From: Toensbergia leucococca
Taxonomy: Eukaryota
Length of the DNA stretch: 45,683 nt
Reading direction: 5' to 3'
Assembly: GCA_022813965.1 (NCBI GenBank)
Contig: JALDZS010000184.1
Location: forward strand, 1-45,683
Shown here: positions 1 to 12,004 of the stretch, piece after piece
Layout: each line of letters opens with the position of its first letter
Position numbering within the stretch: the stretch's first letter is position 1
Notes under the pieces: model-generated
What the model was told of the DNA's origin: nothing
The model's database searches: none
Seen by the model: the letters and a program-made list of their open reading frames with translations, nothing else
Position numbers and translations under genes: made by a program

Positions 1-282
1 GGATCTTGGCCTTGAGAGGCATCACTGGGTGCTGTGACCGCGAGATCCAGCTCAGCGGTTTAAATGTCCGAGAATAACACGGCCGTAGTAACATCAATGG
101 CAATTGTCAACGTTGCATGTTGACCAAGTGGAGCTTCGGAAATTTTTCTCGTGACGAACCTCGGCTCTTATTTGCGGATGCTTCACGGAGCAGTGAAAGT
201 ACTCGTACGTGAAATAAACTTGTCGCTGCTTCTACAGACTATGATACTTTTTAAAAAAGCATAGGATATAAGCTGTTGTAAT

Positions 283-1235
283 CTAGTGTCGTACAGCAGA
301 AGGCACCGTCCGATCCAAATCACTCGAGTGATTCCTCAATATCCAATTCAGTGCACACTCCTCCATCACAATCCTTCCCAATTCCAATAGATCCTTGACA
401 TCAATGTCATACCTTGTCTTGATCCTCCCATCCTCTCCAGCGCCTTCCAAAGCTTCGAACAAATTCGGCCTTGTATCTCCTGTGACAATCAAAGACCTGC
501 CATCCGCATTTCCCATATGGTTCCCTTCTAAGATCTTCTTGATCCATCTGGGCTCGTTGAATTCAATGTCAACATTGTCCTCGATCAATATCAGTTCCCC
601 TCTTCTGTATCGGTAACTTAATGCTGTCCGCCAGGCCAGGTCATAGATCTTGCGCGGTAGCTTGGTGGAGAAATCCCGAGGATGCGGTCCAAATGCCACG
701 CCACCTCCCCTTAGCATTGGACTTTTCCTATCACCAAGTCTTGCCTTTCCTGTGCCCTTCTGCGGTCGTATCTTGCGACCACTTCCATGGACTTGGTCTC
801 TCCATTTCGTGCTTGCCGTGCCCTGGCGTGTGGCATCTCCTTCAAATACGACGGCGCGGTGAAGAATATCTCGACGAAGTGGAAGATGCAGATGATTTGC
901 AGGGTAGTATGACTGGCGCAAAGGTTCCATGGCAGGGAAACTGTAGATTGTTGTGAGGACATCAGGAGCGACCGGAGCGGTTCTGCGTGGGAGAGCGTTG
1001 GCAGGAGGCGTTAAATGAGCATTGGCATATGACTGTAGGACTTGAGAGCGAGGGAGTTGGGTCTCTGTGGCCATGGAGCGCGAAAGGTTGGGTGTAAGGC
1101 ATTTCTGCTTTGGAAATTAGCAATAGTAGAAAGGCCTAGAAAGCTACATACTATTAAGGGATCTTTCGCAGCGGCGTATCCAGCAGCTATAGTCGCGAGA
1201 CCACGACCCGAAGCTTTTAATCCACATGTAGCCAT
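283..1235 (-). CDS. Mitochondrial large-subunit ribosomal protein uL4m (YmL6-like); exons 1235-1152 and 1104-283
   Basis: L4 signature RQGTASTKWRDQVHGSGRKIRPQKGTGKARLG...GGGVAFGPHPRD. Intron 1151-1105 (GTATGT...GCTAAT...CAG) joins a presequence-like exon (MATCGLKASGRGLA) in frame. Confidence 0.9.
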
Positions 1236-1725
1236 GACAGTCCGCAGAATGAATGAATAAATTGTTAGAAAACGTCGTTGTTGGCTAATTACTTGTTGAC
1301 GTCCCTCGGCCTATTTTAGAGAGTCACAATCAACATTCGACCCTAGTCCCTTTTTGGCGTATTCTACATCTTCTATTTCGATTTTTCAACGTCGAGTATC
1401 CGTACCTGCAGGTCAATAAGTCTTCCTTCAGTTTGGCCTCACACCGTTCTCTACGACTACAATTATATCTCGATACACCAAGTCAGATGCATAGTTAGAC
1501 TTTCGAGATCCTCCAGATTTCGAGTTTACCTCGTATCCTGCTGTTGAGCCGTCACACCTGTTGGCCCTAGAAATAGCGTGTGTTCTGCTTTCTCATCCCA
1601 CAAGCTCTCTACCTTCGAGAATTGTGCATTAAGGAAGAGAGCTCGCTCAATCATTCATATGTTTGAATATGTTCTTACACTGCCGTGATTACGAGTACCA
1701 TAGAGGTCGGTCGTAGTTGCGCACC

Positions 1726-4385
1726 TTATCTTCTTTGAGAAAGCCATTGATTTACCTCGTCCCACATGAGAGCATCCTTCACCTCCTTACCTGCAGCTTT
1801 CACCCCCGTATAAACCTAAATCCACGGTCAGTAACATTCAGCATACTTTTCTCTGGAAGAATCAACATACGGCATCCCACAGATGCAGTGCCTCATCTAT
1901 GCTTCCTTCACAATCGCAGTATTGAAACCAGCCTTGACATCTAGTCTTCATTTCGGCTCGAGTACTGATAGAGGTGGGATCATCGAATGTACATAGTTCG
2001 TCGAGATAGGTTTTGATTACGTTGCCTAGAGCGCACGAGTTCTCGTCGTAAAATGGCAGGCTACAAATGTCAGGAAAATCCACCAGCCCCTTCTGCGTAG
2101 GCGTTGAGTACGACGACATACCCAAGAGAGAGATCCATCCAGTCATCACGGTCTCGGTCTACGGTGCCTTCGAGCAATAGAGTAGCAAGGCTCATCTCCA
2201 TTAGGTCGCGAAGACTAGCTTGTACGGCGGAGACGACGGAGTGATATGCAAGAAGGTGGCGGCTTAGTGGGCCGCTGTAGCCTGTTGGCGGGGAACGAAG
2301 TTTCCCGAGGCATGCGACTCGAGATACCAGCATACAATTACGCTTATCAACTTCTGCTTGGATGTGAGTTTCATCGTTTGGAGTTGCGTATCAAGAAGGA
2401 GCCGACCTGTTCCACGCATAGGTGCTCCAGAATAATCCAAGAACATCGTATCGGCGTTGATAAGCCCTACACGCATCAGCTCAATAGCAAGAAAACCTGC
2501 CTCCTCCAAATCCTTGTTTGAACCGGCTGTCGTGAGTGTAGCTTCCAACACCTTTCCCCAAGGTGTTAGTTGGTGCTGTTCATCGACGTAGCCACGAAGT
2601 TGCAGAAAGCGCCATATGACATTTGCAGTGATCTCGTGGCGAGTTTTCAAGAACTATTCATAATCAGCAAAACTCCTGAAACTCCCTGTATTGCTTTCGT
2701 ACTTGTTCCTCATCCTTAGGCTTAGATGTAATAGTTTTCGATGCGAATCCTATATTGCTCAAGCTGCGGACAGCAAACGAAAGTGACCCTGGGACAATGT
2801 TCTCTGACGTGGTCTGTACGTAGCCTTAGCTGAGAGCATATCTCTCTATTGCCTTGCAAAGTCTTACCTCCATTAGGCGACGTTGCTCTACAATGGTGTC
2901 CCCTCTTACATGCCAGGTAGACAATAAGCCCTTTGGAGAAGGGAGCAGATCCTTGATATTGACCTTTGCATCATAATCTGCATCAAACCAAACCTTCGTT
3001 GTAATCTCTTTTCGCTGATAGTACCGATGAAGTGAGTCCGAAAGTAGACAGAGTGCCTGTCTCCTCATGGGTTCAAGCCGGTTCTTGACCAAGTCCTGAT
3101 ATTCAAGACTGTCTCCGCCGCCATACGGCGCGGTTATAAGGATCATGCCAGAAGTCATCCAATTGAGAACGCGAGGTCGGAGCATACCGCGCGAGAGATA
3201 CATGTTGAGTTCTTCAGGTAGGCGTTGTCCGATGAAGTCGTGCACATCTGAAGGGGCATGCTCTTTGTCCAGGGTCTCAACATTTCCATCTCCAGTCATC
3301 ACTATATGATGCTTTAAACTCATGAAAGCCCGTCTATATCGATCAAGATAATCCAGCTCTTTCACTTGAGAATCGCTCTGATACTGTGCACACACTGCAG
3401 TCACATTGTGGCCACATGAAGCAATTAGACTGACGACATCGCGGATTGAGTATCCCTTGCTGTACAACGCTGGATTATCCAATGGAGGAAAGGTCCGTAG
3501 GAGATTTGACCCGGCTAAAAGACACGCATCGACAAAGACGCTTGGTGGTATCTGGCCAAGCTCTTCAAGGCAGGTTCGCCGATCGAGCCATTGAAATGTT
3601 GAATCGTCTAGCGAGAAAACCTGTCTCGCATTCGTTTCTTGAGTCGTGTAAGCCAGGCTGAGCTTGGTGACGAGCTTGTCAACTCCGTATAGGAGAACTT
3701 CTGATGGGCCATAGATAGCGTCAATGAATTGACTAGGGTGCTTTTCATAGTAGGCAAGCTGTCTCGCATTAGAATCGCACAGGCAAAATGGTTGGTATTA
3801 ACTTACTTGGGCGAGAGCACTGTAAGGCGCAACAGTGAAAGCAATATCGTGCTCGTGAAGAGTCTTTTTCAAGAACTCGGACAGATCCGTAGGTGTCGGG
3901 GCGCCTTGGAGTATGTTAGAGCCATCCCAAAAAGCCAGGAATTTCAATGTACCACGAACCTGAGGCCTTGAATCTACTGAGGGTATCGGAGGCTAAGTCC
4001 CTCTCGTAGATCTCAAAAGCGGCGGCGTTTGCTCGGGCTAACGTGATGGAGGGTCCAAAAGGATCGTCTTTGACTCCATGATCTAAGCCATTGAAGACGA
4101 AATGTGGCTTGAGTCCAGCAGATTGTAGTTCATTTAGATGCTTGATGATGACAGACTCAAGCTCGAACGGAAAGCCTCCTAGAGCAGAAAGAAGTGGCTC
4201 TCTGGAATTTTCAGGCAAGTTTTCCAGGTAGTAGATTGCATCGATGCCAATCACACTCCCTCTCAGGGAAGTGAGGGGCATCGTCTTAGTGTGCCGGCCT
4301 GCCCATGCATCGAAAGCTAGGACTGTATGTGAACTGCATTAGTTTCCAGAGTACACTCAAGCTTTGGTTTAAACTTACTCCCCAT
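1726..4385 (-). CDS. MKT1: Mkt1-family protein (XPG/PIN-like N terminus, post-transcriptional regulator), multi-exon
   Basis: ATG GGG A|gtaag then LAFDAW...IGIDAIYYLE...EPLLSALGGFP...PHFVFNGL; later PSDVHDFIGQRLPEEL and WRFLQLRGYVD; ends NQWLSQRR* (TAA 1726-1728). Confidence 0.85.
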
Positions 4386-4836
4386 GGTGACTTATCAAAG
4401 GAAAAGAGAGTAGAAGAAAGTGGACATGGGAGACCAGCAAATAAAATAACACCGAACACCGTCGAAATGCAGAGGGTACGGTAGCCCCACAGATAACAGG
4501 AGGGAAGGTGTGACACCTCAAGCTTGACGAGCTTTGATGCTTGTCGAGCTTGTGTAACTTGTATTCGGCAATAAAATTGTAGAATACGGAGTTACTCTAG
4601 CGTAAGATAAGATTCGTAAGAGACGATGCGAGCTTGCCGAGCTTACCTCCATGCTTCCTACTGACCACGGAGTACCTTAATCTGTTATGTAAGCCGGCAG
4701 TATGAGGGAGTACATTCGGAGTCATCGAGTACATATTTGTGGGAGGGTGGCGAGACTTTGTTACCGTAGCTCGCTCACAGGAGTGTAGAGCAGCATATCA
4801 ACGCAGCAAATATCGTTTCAACGCTATTTAGACAGG

Positions 4837-6228
4837 ATGCAATCTACTAACGGCCATGGTGACCTTCATCTCCCAATCATTGATACAAGCAAGACCGATT
4901 TCACGACCGGACAACGTCTGATCGATGCCGCATCAAAATGGGGTTTCCTGTACGTGCGGAGTGGAGAAATCAACATCACGCCGGACATCATCGATCACAT
5001 ATTTACAATTGTAAGATACAATTAGATCTACTGGACTAGGGAAATGGCCAGTCTCGTTGACTCCCTAGGGGACAGTCAAAGAAATTCTTCCAGTCGCCTG
5101 TTAAGGAAAAGGCAGAATGTGCCGTCAGTGTCAATGTATGCACCCCTGCGCCTGGAGTTGACTTCTCCAACACACGGAGAACTAGACCTGCGTCTGACGA
5201 TAAAACGATAGAATAATTGGGGATGGCTGGGAATACATTCCGAGAAATTAGATGTCGAGCATCAAAAGGCAAGCTGCTCGGCGAATAGAAGATGAAAGGG
5301 GCTTGCTGAATCTGTGCTAGCAAGGAGATTTCAAAGAGTCCCCTCCACCGTGCTGCTTGTAACAGGGTGATCGAAACTTAACAAGACGTAGGGCCATAAA
5401 TTTCGGTGAATTCGTCAACGGCAAAGCTCAGCAACCTATGCCGAAGTCCTTGGCTGCTCATGAAGCCGAGATCGGTCAGTTCGCTATGCGCTGTAACGAA
5501 CTTTGCATGAAGCTCCTCCGTCTCTTCGCCTGTGGTCTCCAAGTGTGTTACTTTATGAGCTCATATATTGAGTGTAATTCTGATTTTGGATTAGATTGAT
5601 GAAGCTGATGGCGGCGAAAGCTGGTTCTCCTCCCGGCACGATCCTTCCAAGGGCCCATCCGGCAGTGTTCTTCGCCTCCTTCACGTACCATCTCCTTACC
5701 CCTTAGTGTCGTCCTCTGCCACAGTTTAATTAATCCTAGTATCCTGCTATCGAAACATGTGAATTTCTCTACGACGCCGCCGTTGATGTTCGTGCCGGTG
5801 CCCACAGCGATTACGGCTCCATCACGCTTCTCTTTCAGCGACCGTCACAGCCTGGACTGGAGATTCTGACACCGGAATCAGATTGGGCCCCAGTGCCCGT
5901 TTTTCCAGCAGGCACAGAGAACGATGCATTTCCCCCAATCCTCGTGAACATAGGAGACTTGCTGAGCTACTGGACGAACGGCCTGTTGAAGAGTACGGTG
6001 CATAGAGTGGTAGTCCCACAAGGGTCTGGAGAGGACAGATATAGTATCGCTTACTTCTGTCATCCCGTGGATAGCGTGAAGCTCGTCAGTGTTCCAAGTG
6101 AACTGGTAGACAGAAGGGTTGATGGAAGTGAAAGGGCAAAGGAAAATAGGAACGCCGAAGAACCAATGACAGCAGAAGAGCATCTGAAGGAGAGACTGGC
6201 AGCTACGTATGGTTGGGCGAAAGAATAG
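4837..6228 (+). CDS. 2-oxoglutarate/Fe(II)-dependent oxygenase (IPNS/DIOX-like); exons approx 4837-5010, 5076-5135, 5212-5268, 5321-5337, 5392-5542, 5595-5685, 5740-6228
   Basis: LPIID...AASKWGFLYV N terminus; RAGAHSDYGSITLLFQ (HxD); VNIGDLLSYWTNGLLKSTVHRV...RYSIAYFC (distal His and RxS). Confidence 0.88.
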
Positions 6229-6836
6229 AGTCGACCTCACGTTTAGTGATCTGTCAGAACAGGGTGGGAGACATGCAGAACACAGTAATTTCATCCGTGG
6301 GAGTTTCTATCTCTTCTCATAATGGATACATAATCTCATGAAAACAATGAGTTGCTAGCGCGAAAAAGGTCATCAATTGCATTTTCAATGATGATGAAGC
6401 ATCCCAATGCTCTGATTTCCCCATTACCCCATAAAGTCGAAAGGTCTCTGAATGAGGATGCTATCGAGCCTCGCGTACCAGGGTATATAGCACAAGAAAG
6501 AGCCAGAGAATGCATGCTTGGCAAGCTCCTAGGTGGATGATGTGCCGGGTATCAAGACCCCGAATAATCGCTGACGCATAAGAAAGCAATGCCAACGGAA
6601 CTGCAGGACAAGATGCCTCATGAGATCGAACCAATATATGAGTACTTTCGTAATGCAGCCTATGGTAATTGTGAATCGCGATGGAGACTTTGCGGAGACC
6701 AAAAGAATCAGTGACTGGGAAAGCTTCGAAAATTCCAGGCAAAACGCCGATGCCGCTAATCGCATAGAAAAGGTATTCATAGAGAGAAATGAGGGCTTCG
6801 ACAAGAAAATACAGTCGTCAACTTTGGTAGCTGAGA

Positions 6837-8720
6837 TCACTGTGTCGCGACTTGACACCAATGACGGTGGTAGACCCAGGCATTCTTCTGACATTCCTTG
6901 CTACAGTATTTTGTCCGGCGACAACGACGGCATTTTGCGAATTGTCGGGTATACTCCTCCCATTTACCACACTGATAGTAAGCACACTGCCGGATACCTC
7001 CTCGAGTGTCATCTTTGCGGCAAAGGTTCCGCATCACAACGCCTGCCCAGTGCTGCATATCTTGAGAGTGATGACGGACTGTGAACTTTTCAACGAGAGG
7101 GAAGATATTGAAGTCGTCAGGAAGTAAGTACTCTTCTTGATTAGACTCATCGAGGAGTACAGAATTGTCGCTATTAGGATTGTCATCAAGCATGTTGAGG
7201 TTATGGCCAATCTTCAACTTGGGGACCAGATGAGATTGTTGAAAGTACTTCCGTAGATTACAGTATTTGGAAACGTAAGCGAGGAGCTGCAACGACATCA
7301 AGACGTCTTCGTCGCGGGGAGTTGCGGCCAGTATCCCAGGAGGCGCGGATCGGTCGAGGAGGTACCGAGCGTGTATATTCTGTGGCATTGTTGGTGGTGG
7401 AACGTTTGCAACATTCAAGGGTGGCGGGGCGGGAGGAAAGCCTATGGTATTGTTGGTAGGAGTCACATTAGCGTTGATGATACTTCCATCAATGGCGGAT
7501 CGATGAGTGATGTTGAAAGTTTCCGCTTCCTGCCCCTCAGAAGCGTTCGGCGCTGTGAGATCCAGTGGCGTAGCGACGGCATCAAGTATAGAATCCTGAT
7601 CTTCGGCTTCCTGAATATCTACTGTAGTCTGTATGTCCACCATTGGCTCGTCGATGTTTCCATTGACAGCAGACGTTTCTGAAGCCATTTCCTCCCCATT
7701 CGCGTCATCAGAGTCGCCAGAGGTGGACTGTTGCTGGTGAATGGAAGGCCGTCTTCTATGACGCGTGCTAGGAATTAGAGGACGGGCAACTGGGGCACTG
7801 GGGGTAGTTGGCGATTCTGGCTGGGAGGTGATACCTGTCTGCAGCGCAGGCAGCATGGACGGTAGGCGATCTACGTCGCGCACCGGCCTTACGCCGAACC
7901 CATCACCGGGATCCATTGATGGTACAGCTGTCGCGATGGGCTGCATGCCATGATGGCGGCCTGTATTCCCTTGACCATTCAGTATAAGATGCCTCCCATC
8001 TTGACTCCTCTGATGATGGTGATGGTGATGATGAGGATGACGAGTGAAAGTCGTACGTTCTGTAGGGGACGCCAGAGCGAATTGAGATGGTGCTGGAGTC
8101 ACTTCCATCGCTCCAGCGTCTGAGGCATATTGTTGGTGCTGTTGGTGAGAAAAAGGGTGTGGTATTTCGATCGAAGGTGGGGGTGCTTGACGCCGAAATG
8201 GTCTGTTCTCGGGGATGCTGCTCGGCCGATCATGAAACCCTGGCCGACCCAGATGCTCTCTGAATTTGGAATTTAGGTTCATCGGTCCTTGTTGGAGATT
8301 GTTGCGGCGAGCGTCTGCCTCAACCTTCTCCCGACACTTGTCGATTACCTTGATGTAATTATCAAGAATCGTCGCAATGACCGGCACCATATCCGCTTCG
8401 ACCACTCTAGTTCGGACATTCTCAGAGCCGCGGACTCCAATGTTGACTAGGCATTGAAAGGCTAGGTTCCACTTCCACATTTCCATCATCTCTTGGCTCC
8501 TGCCCTGCTTCAAGATACATACCAGCCTCTCAACACCGCCATCAACTGTGAGTATATCGCGTATACGAGCCGAAGAGATAGTTAGGTAGGCAAGATGGTT
8601 GAGTGAATTGATGAGTGGTAGTGTAGATGTGCAATCGAGAGCACGTCGATCGTATAATGCCGTGGTGATGCCCACTGATGCCTTATTGACATTTGGGATA
8701 CTGAAATTGACTTCCCTCAT
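6837..8720 (-). CDS. samB: MYND zinc-finger protein SamB/Mub1, single exon
   Basis: Starts MREVNFSIPNVNKASVGITTALYDRRALDCTSTLPLINSLNHLAYLT; C-terminal MYND CAYYQCGKWEEYTRQFAKCRRCRRTKYCSKECQKNAWVYHRHWC. Confidence 0.92.
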   Translation of the reverse strand: MREVNFSIPNVNKASVGITTALYDRRALDCTSTLPLINSLNHLAYLTISSARIRDILTVDGGVERLVCILKQGRSQEMMEMWKWNLAFQCLVNIGVRGSENVRTRVVEADMVPVIATILDNYIKVIDKCREKVEADARRNNLQQGPMNLNSKFREHLGRPGFHDRPSSIPENRPFRRQAPPPSIEIPHPFSHQQHQQYASDAGAMEVTPAPSQFALASPTERTTFTRHPHHHHHHHQRSQDGRHLILNGQGNTGRHHGMQPIATAVPSMDPGDGFGVRPVRDVDRLPSMLPALQTGITSQPESPTTPSAPVARPLIPSTRHRRRPSIHQQQSTSGDSDDANGEEMASETSAVNGNIDEPMVDIQTTVDIQEAEDQDSILDAVATPLDLTAPNASEGQEAETFNITHRSAIDGSIINANVTPTNNTIGFPPAPPPLNVANVPPPTMPQNIHARYLLDRSAPPGILAATPRDEDVLMSLQLLAYVSKYCNLRKYFQQSHLVPKLKIGHNLNMLDDNPNSDNSVLLDESNQEEYLLPDDFNIFPLVEKFTVRHHSQDMQHWAGVVMRNLCRKDDTRGGIRQCAYYQCGKWEEYTRQFAKCRRCRRTKYCSKECQKNAWVYHRHWCQVATQ

Positions 8721-9889
8721 TTTCACTGCCGTTGGCCAAGCTAGCAAAGGAGGGAGTGTTGATTCTTGACACAGTGCAAGATGTTCCAGGAGATGTCCAA
8801 GTCTGCGGCGGGTGAGGTTTGTAGTTACGGGACGGATTCTTCGGGAGCGAGTGGCGAGAAGGGAGGTTCCTGACGAAGTCTGACCAAGTCAGGATGTGAG
8901 AGTTGTTGTAAAGCTGGGACTTCGGAGTATGCTGTCTGTGACGATGAGGAATGGTGCGGACGCGGCGAGAAGTCAGATAAGAGAGGTCTCCATCTCGCGA
9001 TGATCAGAAGCGGGATGTCGATGCGGGTCTGGGTCGGATTGCGAGTTCAGCGTTGGAGTACGATTGGATGGAAAGCGTAGAGAGCAGACTTGGATTTGTT
9101 ATATAGGTGAAGGCTTCGGACGCTGCGAGAATGATGGCGAAGAGTGGGAGTGGGAGTGGGATGAGCCGGTGAGGAGTAAAGAGATTTGGGAAATGGTAAT
9201 TACCCGGGGGCGGTACTCGAGAACAAACGCCAACAAATTACGACGAGTCAAACTAGACACATCTCACAATCAAGCACAAGTAGACCAATCTGCTAAGCTT
9301 GAACTTCTTTCTCCAGGAACTCTACGTTTGAATTCTTTGAACGATTCAATTCCATCAGCCTTACAACGCATTGGTCAGATTGCCTCCACCACAACCCTAT
9401 CTGAAAACGGCAACAAACAATCGCCACCTCTTTGTAAGCAGAAATCCAAAATTTATCCTACATGTTTTCTGCTTTGCTTTTACGACCCTCGTAACATTCA
9501 ATTTGAATCTATATTATCGCCATTTGTACCTAATACTACCCACCGTGCCACTCAAGGCCTTCAGAAGGCCGCAGTAAAGGAAGACTGGTTGAGCACTGCA
9601 TCTCGCCACCTCATTGGAATTCTTTCGTGACGAGAACGACCTAAAAACACACGAATATGAGTACATTTGGCAATGCTGTTGCAAGATCAGAATCTTAGAT
9701 TAATGATGAAGGTGAAAATGAAAAACGGTGGATAAAGAAGAAAGGAGATGAATAAGTTCATGTATTTGAAATTTACACTACCTCATTCGCATCTGCAGTC
9801 ATTATGAAATTGAGTGCTGATCATTTATTCGCAAGGCTATGAGTGCTCCGAATCAGATGAAAATAGATACCAGCGCCTGTCATTCCTTA

Positions 9890-10150
9890 AGACACTGAAA
9901 GAATCCGGTCCAGATTTTTTGTTACAGCATTTTTCTTATATATGATCTCTGGTATGTGTGAATGCGTTATAATTTCTCCAGTCTCTTGCGAATATAAGCT
10001 GAGATTGGCTTCTCTTCGTTTCTTGTGCATGTGATTTCTCTTTATATCAAATAACCCGATCCTTAAAACGAGGGTAATACCAACGATCTCGAAGCCTTCA
10101 AGCTCTTTCTTAATTCTCTCTTCTTAAGCAGGGTAAGTTGTAGACAGGCG
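9890..10150 (-). mobile_element. Possible highly decayed pogo/Fot1-type transposase N-terminal relic
   Basis: AT-rich intergenic stretch; broken minus-strand peptides EERIKKELEG/LRDRWY and NEEKPISAYIRKRLEKL* loosely resemble fungal pogo HTH N termini. Contains stops and frameshifts. Confidence 0.3.
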
Positions 10151-12004
10151 AGGGGGAAAGTCCAATTGAGGGTAAGAATAATTACTTTTATTTCTTTCCC
10201 GATAGCAGTAGTGAAATTAATCAATATTGTGGAGAGCGTGGCAAGCTAAGCGATCTTTGCGAACACGGGTTAGTTGCAGCTGAGTTGAAGGGTAGTTGAC
10301 GACAACCACATGGCACAAGTCTCGCGGGATATCACAAAAAATGACACACTCCATTTACGACCCTGATCCTGGCTCTGGTTCTTTTCCTACTCTTTCCTTA
10401 GCCCCTATTTCAGCGGTACGTTTGAAGGCGTAAACAACACCTTCTTCAAAAGGGGGGCTGGAGTTTGTGTGATAGACGGGCCGGCCTTCAGACTAGATAG
10501 TCAATGAAATGTCACCTAATACGTATTCGAAACACCCTTCCAAACGTGGTCTACTGACGGTCTACTAGTAGTCTGAATATTGTTGTTGTATATGGGATAC
10601 ACAGCGATGTAAGCAGCCTGTCCAAATCAGCGATTCTTTCCGGATAGGAAGAATTGTACGACGTAGGTAAGCCGTATTGACACCTTGAAGTACCCCTTGC
10701 GATCATCGTCATCCGAAATTGATATGTGCCCCAATGTCACGTAGGCAGGTTTCTTGAATAGAAGACCCAGGGGATGAAATCATGAAAATGGGGAAAGAGG
10801 TATATGGAAATCGGAGGAGCGGTGTTCTGGGTGATAGAAAAGTATTGAGAGAAGGGTCATGGGAGACTGGGGGTTTTTCGAAATGCTTGCATCCTCTTGC
10901 AAAAGCCTTGCCAGTACGAAAAGAAAACAGCATGCTTACAAATGAAACCTTTTTTCATAAGCAGTGAGAAAGAACAGTCAGCCTTTTGGACTAGCATTTC
11001 CCCGTATGTGATCCGAACATAGCATTTCAATCTTTTTTTTACTACATGAAAGAGCAAGGCAGTAAAGTTCCAATGCGCCTATCTTACAAGCCGCTAGCGC
11101 CATACAGTCATTGTCGATATAAATTTGATCAAGAAAAATCGACGCCTCACTCACTTAAGACATCAGGTACTGGAGTACTCTGTATCCAGTCTCACAAGTG
11201 CACGAGTAAGAGCAAGAATGGTGGCAGGGTCTAAATTAGATGTCCTCTTCACCTTGTCACCTCGCTATCAGTTCTCTATCACGCTTCATCTTCAAGTCTG
11301 TATGAGATGGTCATTACCTTCAGATAGTTTGTGGGATCCACCAGGTCTAGAGCCATTGAGACTCGGACCAACCCCTCTTGTTCTGTCATCTCGGTGAGGG
11401 GCAGAAGTACATTTGCAACAGCAAGAAGAATTTGTTCAAGTAGCTCAAGCGTAAGATAATTTTACTCTAGCGGTATCTATCAATGCGGCATCTTCCAGCC
11501 TCAAGCCCCCGTGGTGGAACTGGACATCTCCTACCGACATTGCAGCCTCTGACTGCGGTCTGCGACGGGCTGGTTTTGCAATTTCCCCATACCCCTCCTC
11601 CTGCTCCACAACCTCTCGCCTGTAATCTCACATCCAGTAGCCACTCCGCCAGAGAGACTTCGGCTGTTTCCGTCCCTAGTCGATGCGCCATTGCATCCTA
11701 ACCTGACTTCAACCACACTGGTAACACTCCATCTACGATAAAGCGACGAGACCAACAACATCAACTGTACAACCAAGACCATACGCATCCGAAGTAACAC
11801 GATTCTGTGCCTCTTTTGCGCTCTTCAGGACCCTCTCAGCCTCAATTCTCTCTCTACTGTCAGGCCATCCCTGGACCGCGCTCTTACACGGTCGCTCGCT
11901 TCAAAGCTAGCTCTTGTGTTGATACCCTTCGGAATTGTACTGAGAACATTGGCTACAACTCGCATTGGAGAAAGATTCGTTTATTAGCTTAGGAGCCCCT
12001 AAGA

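Noticed and set aside
4837..6228. Secondary-metabolite gene cluster around the 2OG oxygenase
   Set aside because: Neighbours are housekeeping genes; no PKS, NRPS, terpene synthase or cluster transporter in the window.
6620..7084. 154-aa + strand ORF
   Set aside because: Antisense overlap with the samB 3' end; no protein-like features.
9064..9630. 188-aa ORF upstream of samB
   Set aside because: Non-ATG start, no recognisable motif, antisense to the likely samB leader/promoter.
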